A stretch of 64,000 bases of DNA. It comes from Octopus bimaculoides (lineage: Eukaryota). The notes beneath the pieces were generated by a model, which did no database searches, was not told the origin of the DNA, and worked only from the letters and a program-made list of their open reading frames with translations. The stretch covers positions 7,744,013 through 7,808,012 of the forward strand of contig NC_069000.1 in NCBI RefSeq assembly GCF_001194135.2. The letters run 5' to 3'. The position numbers and the translations under genes are program-made. Positions 54,580 to 64,000 of the stretch are shown one piece after another. Each line of letters starts with the position of its first letter. The first letter of the stretch is position 1.

Positions 54580-54787
54580 CGAGGGGGTGTTGAAAAGTTC
54601 CTGGCTTTAAGGGTGTTGTGAAAAGCCTGGTTGGAGGTCCAAACTTCAAAGTTCTTTTACAGAGCTTAGAAAAACTGAAGGACTGCTGTAATAAGTGTGT
54701 GGATCTAAGAGGAGAATATATTCAATAAAATTACAACTTACTGATCTTCCTGTATTTCTTTTACCCAAAAGCCAGGAACTTTTCAGC
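54580..54787 (+). mobile_element. Mariner-derived MITE
   Basis: Inverted ends TGAAAAGTTCCTGGCTTT and AAAGCCAGGAACTTTTCA. The internal LEKLKDCCNKCVDLRGEYIQ* resembles the mariner transposase C-terminus. Confidence 0.75.
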
Positions 54788-55149
54788 TCTTATCTTTCAT
54801 CTGTGTTTACACACACACACACACACACAGATATTATACAAAGGTAGAACTCTTACATAAGTAAATTTATGTGTATATGCATATGTATGTATGTGTGTGT
54901 GTGTGTGTGCATGATATTGTACAGGTAGAAGATAGAAAAGATTGTTTGGTTAAGAAATGAAGAAAGCAAAACAAGATCAAAGACTGCCCCCACCTCTCCC
55001 TAATAGACACAGACATACACAATTCTAATCCCCTCCCCCCTGCCTAAACAGAGATTGAGATAGGGAGGCACATATACATGGGAACAACAGCTAAACATAA
55101 TTATCTACAAGACAGAGCTACATAGAATTATACAAAATGGATATCACAT

Positions 55150-55195
<46 letters not shown>

Positions 55196-55816
55196 ACAAA
55201 TTCAGATTTTCCATCATGCATGTCTCATTCACAAAAACCTCCTCTTCCCCCACCACTTCATTCACAAAGACACCCTACTTTTTTTCTCATATAAGTTCTC
55301 CTCCCCTCTCTCTCTCTACATAGATCGAGAGAAATGAAAGAAAGTGCAGACAACTGACAACCAGGGGGACCAGATACTGAATTGTGGTGCCAACCAATTT
55401 ATACTCCATCCCTGCCATACTATAATATATACCAGTAATNNNNNNNNNNNNNNNNNNNNNNNNNNNNNNNNNNNNNNNNNNNNNNNNNNNNNNNNNNNNN
55501 NNNNNNNNNNNNNNNNNNNNNNNNNNNNNNNNNNNNNNNNNNNNNNNNNNNNNNNNNNNNNNNNNNNNNNNNNNNNNNNNNNNNNNNNNNNNNNNNNNNN
55601 NNNNNNNNNNNNNNNNNNNNNNNNNNNNNNNNNNNNNNNNNNNNNNNNNNNNNNNNNNNNNNNNNNNNNNNNNNNNNNNNNNNNNNNNNNNNNNNNNNNN
55701 NNNNNNNNNNNNNNNNNNNNNNNNNNNNNNNNNNNNNNNNNNNNNNNNNNNNNNNNNNNNNNNNNNNNNNNNNNNNNNNNNNNNNNNNNNNNNNNNNNNN
55801 NNNNNNNNNNNNNNNN

Positions 55817-55896
<80 letters not shown>

Positions 55897-56456
55897 TATA
55901 TAATATATATTTATTTCTGGTACTTATTTCATCAACCCCGAAAGAATGAAAGGCAAAGTCAACTTCAGTGGAATTTGAACTCAGAACATAACGGAAGACA
56001 AAATACTGCTAAGCATTTCGTGCGGCGTGCTAACGATTCTGTCAGTTTGCCGCCTTACACAAGAATATATATTAGGCGCAGGTGTGGTTGTGTGATAAAC
56101 AGCATCCCAATCACATAGTACCATATTCAATCCCTCCGCGTGTGGCACCTTGGGCAAGAGTTTTCTACTATAGCCTCAGACCAACCAAAACCTTGTGAAT
56201 GGATTTGGTAAATGGAAACTGAGAGATGCTCGTCGTATAAGTGTGTATGTGTGTCTTTGAGTCTGTGTTTGTCCCCCACACCACCTGACAACTGGTGTTG
56301 GTGTGTTTATGTTCTTGTAACTTAGTGGTTTGGCAAAAGAGATCAATAGAATAAGTACCAGGCTTATAAAAATAAGTAATGGGATCAATACATTCAATTG
56401 AAAATTTTTCAAGGTGGTGGCACTGCATTGCTGCAGTCTAATGACTGAAACAAAAG

Positions 56457-56491
<35 letters not shown>

Positions 56492-56846
56492 ATAGTTAGA
56501 TAAATAACCTGGTGCTCCAGCATGACCTCAGCCTCTGGCTGAAACCAGTAAAAGAATATATACATATATATATANNNNNNNNNNNNNNNNNNNNNNNNNN
56601 NNNNNNNNNNNNNNNNNNNNNNNNNNNNNNNNNNNNNNNNNNNNNNNNNNNNNNNNNNNNNNNNNNNNNNNNNNNNNNNNNNNNNNNNNNNNNNNNNNNN
56701 NNNNNNNNNNNNNNNNNNNNNNNNNNNNNNNNNNNNNNNNNNNNNNNNNNNNNNNNNNNNNNNNNNNNNNNNNNNNNNNNNNNNNNNNNNNNNNNNNNNN
56801 NNNNNNNNNNNNNNNNNNNNNNNNNNNNNNNNNNNNNNNNNNNNNN

Positions 56847-56975
56847 TCATCAGCTACGTCTAGATAGAATAGAGACAGCTGATGAAGGGATATTCCAAGT
56901 GGCTTTCCGTTTTCCTATGTGTTTGTTCCGTTGTCTGTAGTTTATTGTTCTAACGTCCTGTACCCTGATATGCAT
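56847..56975 (-). mobile_element. Probable Penelope-like terminal repeat fragment, truncated by an N gap
   Basis: The minus strand reads ..CCCTTCATCAGCT..AGCTGATGA|gap. This TTCATCAG/CTGATGA inverted pair is typical of Penelope terminal repeats. Confidence 0.45.
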
Positions 56976-57002
56976 ATATATACACATGTAGATGTATGTA
57001 CA

Positions 57003-57041
<39 letters not shown>

Positions 57042-57280
57042 GCTGTTAGATTTACAAAGTACTCCCATACATGCAAAGTTTAATCTTCTTTGTGCATATG
57101 TATGCATGTGTGTGTGTGTGTATACATACATACATACATATACACACACACACACAATAGGGTGAACCATTGTGTGACATTACATTAGATTAAAAACACT
57201 TTTGGTACGACTGAAACAATGCAAAGAGAAATACAAAGTGAACTGCATAAGGGAAAACAGAACAACAGTTCAGATTTTAC

Positions 57281-57315
57281 CTTGTATTTCCATATTTCAG
57301 GGTTGTGACCCCTTC
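57281..57315 (-). CDS. Weak candidate 35-nt exon (EGVTTLKYGNT+AG)
   Basis: Pyrimidine tract CCTCCTTTCTCCATGTGTCCCAAG| and donor AAG|GTAAAA. It starts in phase 0 and ends in phase 2, so it could bridge 63544 to 25271. Chance occurrence is plausible. Confidence 0.15.
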
Positions 57316-58004
57316 CTTGGGACACATGGAGAAAGGAGGGGCAGAATTCCTGTTTTCACTTCAGTAGTTAGTATTTTATTTCACATTGTTCCAAGCTTTA
57401 TCAAAAAAAGTCTTTATCTTTCTTAGACACACACACAAAACTTATCACAAACTATGTTGCTACATGTAAACATAGACCAAATATCCTTAGGATGTGACAG
57501 CTATGGGCTGGTACCTTATAGTCTGTAGATTGCTCATCTACATAACAAAATAATGTCATAATATGTCTAAAGGTAACTAACCATTGTGGGGTGGGATGCT
57601 ATGTGGTCTTATATAGCCATTAAATAGACAGGATGGTCACACAGCTGGAAAGTCTTTCACGATAGATCAGCTGGATTGAAACTGATCCGGAACTGTACAC
57701 TATAGAAACACACAAGTATTGCTCACACAAACAAACATACACACACAAATAGATAAGCATACATAAACCATGAAGAAATAGGTGTGTGTGTTTGCATGAA
57801 AGAGACAGGACAGTCTCCCAGACCTCACCTGATTTCCACAAATGTGTCTTCTCTTCAGTAAACAAGGGGTAATGATCTTAGCTGTCCAGCTCTTAGTGAC
57901 CATGGTCCATGGTGTTGTAGGAGATGAATAATCACAACTGTCATCATTGTAATAATCTATGATGTATCTTGGTTTAAGTAAATGTCTGAGAGCGCGTGTG
58001 TGTG

Positions 58005-58071
<67 letters not shown>

Positions 58072-58103
58072 TAAATATACAGGTTAAACCGTAATCCCTC
58101 TTG

Positions 58104-58142
<39 letters not shown>

Positions 58143-58679
58143 CATTCACACACGCATATATATATATATATATTCTGCTAACTGTGTGTTTGTGTATGTA
58201 CAGAGAGATGCTCTGTTTGTTCAGTGCCAGCACTAAAGAAAGCTGTGTGGGTGTGTGAAGGTGTAACAGATACCATAAAAAGAAGAATAAGAGTTACTTC
58301 ACAAGAACACTGTCACCAATGTTTAAAGAGCCCTAAAATCTAGAATGGTGATGCTGCTGCCTCTGCTGCTGCTTATCAGGGGCAATTCCTCGCCAACATC
58401 AACAATTCCCCGCCAACATCAACAATGCCAAAACCAGTACTGCCAGACAGTCAGTCTAAAAGAAGAGGAGGAAGGTGAAAAATACTGATGGTGATACTTG
58501 AAAAAAACTGATGGTGATGCCCTCTCACCAGCAATTCTTCTACCGCCCTCCCTCCATGTGATTCTTGACCTGGTAGGATGTCATACCTATAACACACTCA
58601 AACACACCAGATTAGAAGATTTTCTTGATGTGACACTAGTTATAAATAGTTTAAATTATTATCAATATTGTGTGTGTGT

Positions 58680-58680
58680 G

Positions 58681-58717
<37 letters not shown>

Positions 58718-58766
58718 GCACACACACATAAAAGAGAGAAAGACAGCAAGAGAGAGAGAGACAGAC

Positions 58767-58797
<31 letters not shown>

Positions 58798-58946
58798 AGG
58801 ATAAAGATAGATAGATAGACAGAAGGACTGATAGATAGAGACAGACGGAGGGATAGATAGAGAGAGAGACAGATGGATAGATAGATAGAAAGTCAGATAG
58901 ATAGATAGATAGATAGATAGATGGATGGATGGATGGATGGATAGAC

Positions 58947-59010
<64 letters not shown>
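58680..59010. repeat. Compound (TA)n/(AG)n/(AGAT)n/(GGAT)n/(AGAC)n microsatellite
   Basis: Read directly from the sequence. Confidence 0.95.
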
Positions 59011-59011
<1 letters not shown>

Positions 59012-59765
59012 CAAAAAATTCTTTTCTTTCTTTCTGAGAAGAAAGATGAGCAGTACACCTGATCCTTGCAGAGACCCGCAAAACTAGTGAAACTAAAGGA
59101 GGGAGTTATTGTCAAACTAGAAATGTGGCCTGAATACAGAGCAGACTCTACTAAGAACACTCAGGGGCTAGAGGGTGGTGTTAAACTAGGGTACAGAATA
59201 AGTCTACCTAATAAATAGGCCATAGTGGGATTTGAACACAGAATGCAAACAGCCAAAACAAACATCACATGATATTCTACCCTACCTGTCCACCCCACCA
59301 CCCTACACTATCTACACCCCTTCTATACACTACACACAGATTTCTAGTGGACTAGCATTTGTATAAATAGCACATATGTCATACATTGTAATTACACTTG
59401 CATGTATAGACTACACACACACACAAACACATATACATACACAAACAGATTAAAATGGATTAAAAAGGTTTATACTTTTTTTTACTGAAGTTATTGTGTA
59501 ATATGACCTGTTTGAAAGGTGTGGCTGACAGCGGTAGGTGTAGTAAACAGACACACAAAATAATACCAAACATTAGCTTCTGGGGTTAGTTTTAATACTA
59601 ATTACTTCAAAGATAGCCACACCCTATTTAGCACTAATTGCATTATAACTAGAAAACTAGCCTTTAATTAAGCAAGCTAAGGTACTGTAACATAATAATA
59701 TCTATATCTATCTAAATAGATGTGTGGTAACTGTCACTTCTTTACAGAAGAAACGTATCTCTTAA

Positions 59766-60163
59766 CTCTTTAGCATTCGGGTTATTTTGTCAAATGTAAT
59801 GCTTCTTTATTCACATTGTTTTGAATTAATCTTTGCATCATCTTGTAATTTCAAGATTTCAATGATGCGATTGTATATTTTTTGAATGACATTGTGTGTG
59901 GGGGGGAGGGGAATCAGAGGTGAGATCTGGCCAGTTTGGACATAAAACAAGTAGAATCCAGCCATGTCTGGTCCAAATATGCTACCTGTTTCATGCTCTA
60001 AAAACAGTCAGATCCATCCTATCACACCTACCCTTCAATGCCATTATAAAATATACAATCATGTCATCATAATTTTGAAGCTACGAAAATAACACATGAT
60101 TAATTAAAAACAATTTGAATGGAAAAGTATTACATTTGACAGAGTAATCTGAATGCTAAAGGG
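59766..60163. mobile_element. Inverted dimer of piggyBac-type MITE P1
   Basis: Perfect TTAA on both sides. The left half is a minus copy and the right half a plus copy, fused at about 59957. Confidence 0.75.
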
Positions 60164-60428
60164 TTAAATTAGCAAATGCCGTTGTGAGATCTCGTATGAC
60201 AGGAAAGTCCAACTTTGGACAAACTGACCTTACTGCAGATGTTACAAACATATTCAAAGGTGTCTGAAATTGAAGTCAAGACCTGTTTACAAAGTGTATG
60301 TTTCAAGATGGAGCATTCGATTTTCTATGTTTCAAATGCTTTATAACCAATGTACATCACTTCTTTCCAAACTGATCAATTTTCTGTCATCTGCATCCAG
60401 TCTTCACCATCCACAGTAAAAGCCTTAA

Positions 60429-60652
60429 CCCTTTATCATTTAAACTGGCTCTATCCAGCCCAAATATTCTACCTGCTTTATGTTCAAACTGGCCAGATTT
60501 GGCCTCCAACACCTACCTACCCTACAATCTCATTCTAAAAATAAACAATCACATCAGCAAAATCTGAAACCTATGAGATAATGTGTGATTAATTCAAAAT
60601 TATGTGAATCAGTAAGCATTATATTTGTCAGAGAAATCTGAATGGTAAAGGA
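60429..60652 (+). mobile_element. piggyBac-type MITE, family P1
   Basis: TTAA|CCCTTTATCATTT ... AATGGTAAAGGA|CTAA. Confidence 0.75.
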
Positions 60653-60694
60653 CTAAGAGTGTTTCTGACAATGTCCTTAAAATATTAAATAAAC

Positions 60695-61430
60695 GGGTGC
60701 AAGCATAGCTGTGTGGTAAGAAGTTTGTTTCCCACTCACATGGTTCTACAGGGTGATTCAAAAGTCTCCATACACAGGAAAAATTTCTTTTTTTATAAGA
60801 AACAGTTTATAAGATCCCCTAGATTCCCTGATCTGACCCCGCTTGATTTCTATCTTTGGGGGCATTTGAAAGGCATGGTGTATCATGGAAAGATAGAAGA
60901 CATAAATCATTTGAAGGAATGCATCACCAACTCAATTTGCACACATATCACCAGATGTGCTATTACGAGATCACAATGAATGGGGTAAACATATTGCAAT
61001 GTGTATTCAAAACAATGGTAACCATACAGAGCCTGTTCTTATAAACTGTTTCTTATAAAAAGATAAATTGTTCTTATGATGGCGACTTTTGAATCACCTG
61101 GTAGATTCAGTCTCATTGCATGACACCTTGGGCAAGTGTCTTCTACTATAGCCTTGGGCTGACCAAAGCCTTATGAGTGGATTTGATAGACAGAAACTAA
61201 AAGAAGCCCATCATGTATGTGTATATGTGTGTGTGTCTTTGTCCCCCGACCACCACTTGAGAACTGGTGTTGGTGTGTTTATATCCCCTTAACTTAGCAG
61301 TTCAGCAAGAGGCATAGAATAAGTACCAGGCTTTTTTTTAAAAAAAAGTACTAGAGTTGATTCATTTGACTAAAAATTCTTCAAGGCAATGCCCCTGCCT
61401 GGCCACAGCCTAATGACTGAAACAAGATAA
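60695..61430 (+). mobile_element. SINE family B (GTGTGGTAAGAAG..CCTTGGGCAAGTGTCTTCTACTATAGCC..internal (TG/TA)n..GAATAAGTAC), interrupted by the Tc1 element
   Basis: Other copies: plus at about 32590-32805, 35710-35860, 41944, 49505-49775, 51090, 53740-54090, 54200-54480 and 56075-56455; minus at about 7410-7785, 13350-13580 and 48330-48655. Confidence 0.85.
60749..61101 (+). mobile_element. Internally deleted Tc1/mariner element inserted into a SINE
   Basis: TIRs CAGGGTGATTCAAAAGTC and GACTTTTGAATCACC, with TA on both sides (60747-48, 61102-03). The internal frame SPRFPDLTPLDFYLWGHLKGMVY is the SPDLxPxDFxLWGxLK motif. Confidence 0.9.
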
Positions 61431-61434
61431 AGAA

Positions 61435-61472
<38 letters not shown>

Positions 61473-62929
61473 ACACACACATACACTCTTGCAATACTAC
61501 ATGTACCTCAGTCGCCTATATCTCTCTTAACTATCATATGTAGGAACCAATTGTGACTACATACCACCGTCACCCTCAACACATCATGACTACACATCAC
61601 CACATCACATTATCATGACTCCACATTACAGTCAACCTGAGTGAGTGAGTGAGTGTGTGGTTATGTATTTCCCATCCACGTCTGAAGACACTACCCGGCC
61701 GTCACCCCACCCCACACACTGATCTAACATTCTACTAATTACAGAAGGCAATTGAATGTTGGTGTTAAGTTGTCTGTGCGTCTCCCAGCAAGAGAGGACA
61801 CTCACAAATGGCTCCAGCATTACAAGTGTCAACACTTTACCACTTCACTGCATCTAATCAAGACACTTAACTAAGATTCTAGTGGTCAACATTCAGCCAC
61901 AGACAACACACTATTGTAAGCTGAACCAACACAATATAAACCAGTCCTCACTGACTCATATTTCAGAACATATTGTGACAGATTTACTAACATCACACCA
62001 ATGGTGTTTGAAGAGCCATAGGTCAGCTGTGATCCAGCAGATATGTTGTCAAAGACATTTCAGCTTTGACCATCACATCTATAATTCAAATCTAGTGTAT
62101 CTAGAATGACATTATCATGTTCTCTGTTAAACTAATGAGTGCATAATTAGATTTCATTGTCATTCCCGTAACAATGTTAATTATCTACCAAAAAATAGAA
62201 CTGATATTTTTTCTGCCTCTGCAATACATTTTTCAGTATCTCCTGTAGATATGGTTTTCATATCCTCCACTTTTTACAACTGACAATTTTTCAGATTTTC
62301 TTGATTTTCTTTTTTTTCTTCTTTTTTTTTCTTTTTTTTCCCCACATATTTCATTAAATATCCCTTTACAGAGCAAGAATCAAATATTTTGAATGGTGGA
62401 CATGAAAACCATACTGTCAGGAGATACTGAAAAAAGTATTGCAGAAGTAGAAAATACGAATTCTATTTTTGGGTGAATAACTAATACCATTACAAGAATA
62501 ACCATGAAATTTAATTACACACTCAAAGGGCAAAAGACCAATGGAATAAAGCAAGATTGAACTCACATTGACATCACAGCAAAAAAAAACATACCTGGTT
62601 TTACTGACCAAACCTGTCAATCCTCTTCCGTGCCACCTCATCTGAAATGTGGTGTGGGAGGGAATGGAACTGAAGAATAAAGGATGGGGAGGTAATGGTA
62701 GTAAGGGGGAAATGATATTGATTGTGAACCAATCAAGTTCCACACAAAAAGATCAACAAAAGTCTGAATCATGAACCTGGGAGAAGGGAGAGTCCTTTCC
62801 AACCATTGCCACTATCACAACCATCAGAATCACCATCATCATCATCATCATCAATTACAACCAACATCAACAGTACCACCCCACCCTATTATGGTGGGTT
62901 TAGTTACATTGTGTTCATTTAATGTGCTG

Positions 62930-63540
62930 GTGTGTCAGTATGTCTGTGTGGATATGTCAATCGGAGAGTACGTGTGTGTATATGTATATTGGTGTGTGTG
63001 CACATGCGTATGTATATCAGTACATGTGTGCATATGTATTTTGGTGCGTGTGTGTGTATGTATTTCGGTGCATGTGCGCGTATGTATATTGGTGTGTGTG
63101 TGTATCGGTGTATGTGTGCATGTATGTATATCAGTGTGTGTGTGTGCATGTAGTATATCAGTGTGTATCGGTGTGTGTATGTGTTTATATCAGTGTGTGT
63201 GTATGTATGTATATATGTATGTGTGTGTGCGTATGTGTGTATGTGTGCGTATGTATATATATATATATATGTGTTTATATCAGTGTGTGTGTATATATCA
63301 GAGTGTGTGTATGTGTATGCATGTGTGTGTGTGTGCGTATGTATATATTGGTGTGTATATCAGTATGTTTGTATGGTGTAGCGTATGTGTGTGTGCATGG
63401 AGATGTAAGTGTGTATATTGGTGTGTGTGTGTATTGGGGGGGTATATATATGTGTGTTGATGTTTGTATGTGTGTTTGTAAGGTGTGGTGTATGCATGTG
63501 CATGCAGATGTGTGTGTGTGTGTGTGTGTGTGTACATGTA
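62930..63540. repeat. Degenerate (TG)n/(TGTA)n microsatellite field
   Basis: Read directly. It produces the Cys/Val-rich pseudo-ORFs. Confidence 0.9.
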
Positions 63541-63543
63541 TAC

Positions 63544-63717
63544 CTGTGTGAAGTTACTAATGTTGCATGTAAAGGTGATGCACTGTCTGCACTGGTAACC
63601 ATGGTTACACACACATCTGCTGCAGAGAGGAGATGAGTCAGTGGATAGCAACATGGAGGGAGTGGGGGCGGGGTGCCTTAGGTCACTCAATGATGGAGCG
63701 GGGTACCTAGACAGCAT
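63544..63717 (-). CDS. Candidate distal alternative first exon (MLSRYPAPSLSDLRHPAPTPSMLLSTDSSPLCSRCVCNHGYQCRQCITFTCNISNFTQ); a shorter version could end at 63707
   Basis: GCAGCCATG start context with an in-frame TAA 3 codons upstream, in a GC-richer unique island among microsatellites. Donors are CAG|GTATAC after 58 codons (phase 0) or AG|GTACCC after 11 nt (phase 2, compatible with 25271). No homology recognised. Confidence 0.25.
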
Positions 63718-64000
63718 GGCTGCTTATGGTGGAGATCGCTTCTGATTAACAACTTTGATTGTTGTGTCTATGTGTGTATGTATACATGTTTCATGTGTGT
63801 GTGTGCGTGCGCGTGTCTGTGTACACATGTATGTGTGTTCATGTATATATGCATGTGTACATGTCTATACATGTCTATGTATGTATATACATATGTGTGC
63901 ATGTGTACATGTTGGTTTATATGCGTGTATATGTGTACATGCGGTGTATGTACAATGTGTGCACATGCACGCACACGCACAACATGGAAATCAGAACTGC

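Noticed and set aside
45383-56940. ORFs of 118-283 aa filled with X (also at about 5400-5750 and 9670-10180)
   Set aside because: They span N gaps and (TA)n tracts and carry no coding information.
58300-58460. Very strong minus acceptor (TTCCTCCTCTTCTTTTAG) near 58458
   Set aside because: All three downstream frames close within 20 codons, and no good donor is present.
62771-63551. 229-aa and 209-aa Cys/Val-rich ORFs
   Set aside because: They are translations of (TG)n microsatellite.

Overview
AT-rich eukaryotic DNA with many N gaps, most of them bordered by (TA)n or other tandem repeats. It is dominated by microsatellites, SINEs, MITEs and decayed LINE and DNA-transposon fragments. The repeat families and composition look like an octopus (coleoid cephalopod) genome; this is inference from remembered repeat families, not a search. 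Almost all ORFs in the supplied track are artefacts of microsatellites or N gaps. The only well-supported protein-coding signal is the 5' end of a minus-strand, large-intron gene that the ORF track misses. A 95-nt ATG-bearing exon (37020-37114) splices in phase across an 11,748-nt intron to a 94-nt exon (25178-25271), giving MFDVQNIYGTPQITRKQQQSLRPRRMTLIDLRNVRLEEDDARFRRTASGTIKFEGSGGQFSSK. I cannot name this protein. There is also a candidate in-frame 12-nt microexon and weaker candidate exons or alternative starts. Structural oddities include twin hairpins with TTAGGG loops, fold-back or templated-insertion scars at SINEs, an inverted piggyBac-MITE dimer, a pre-miRNA-sized hairpin and a possible Penelope hammerhead cut by a gap. 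No rRNA, intact tRNA, CRISPR array or intact transposase/RT ORF was seen. Repeat boundaries are approximate (about +/-20 bp) unless termini are quoted.
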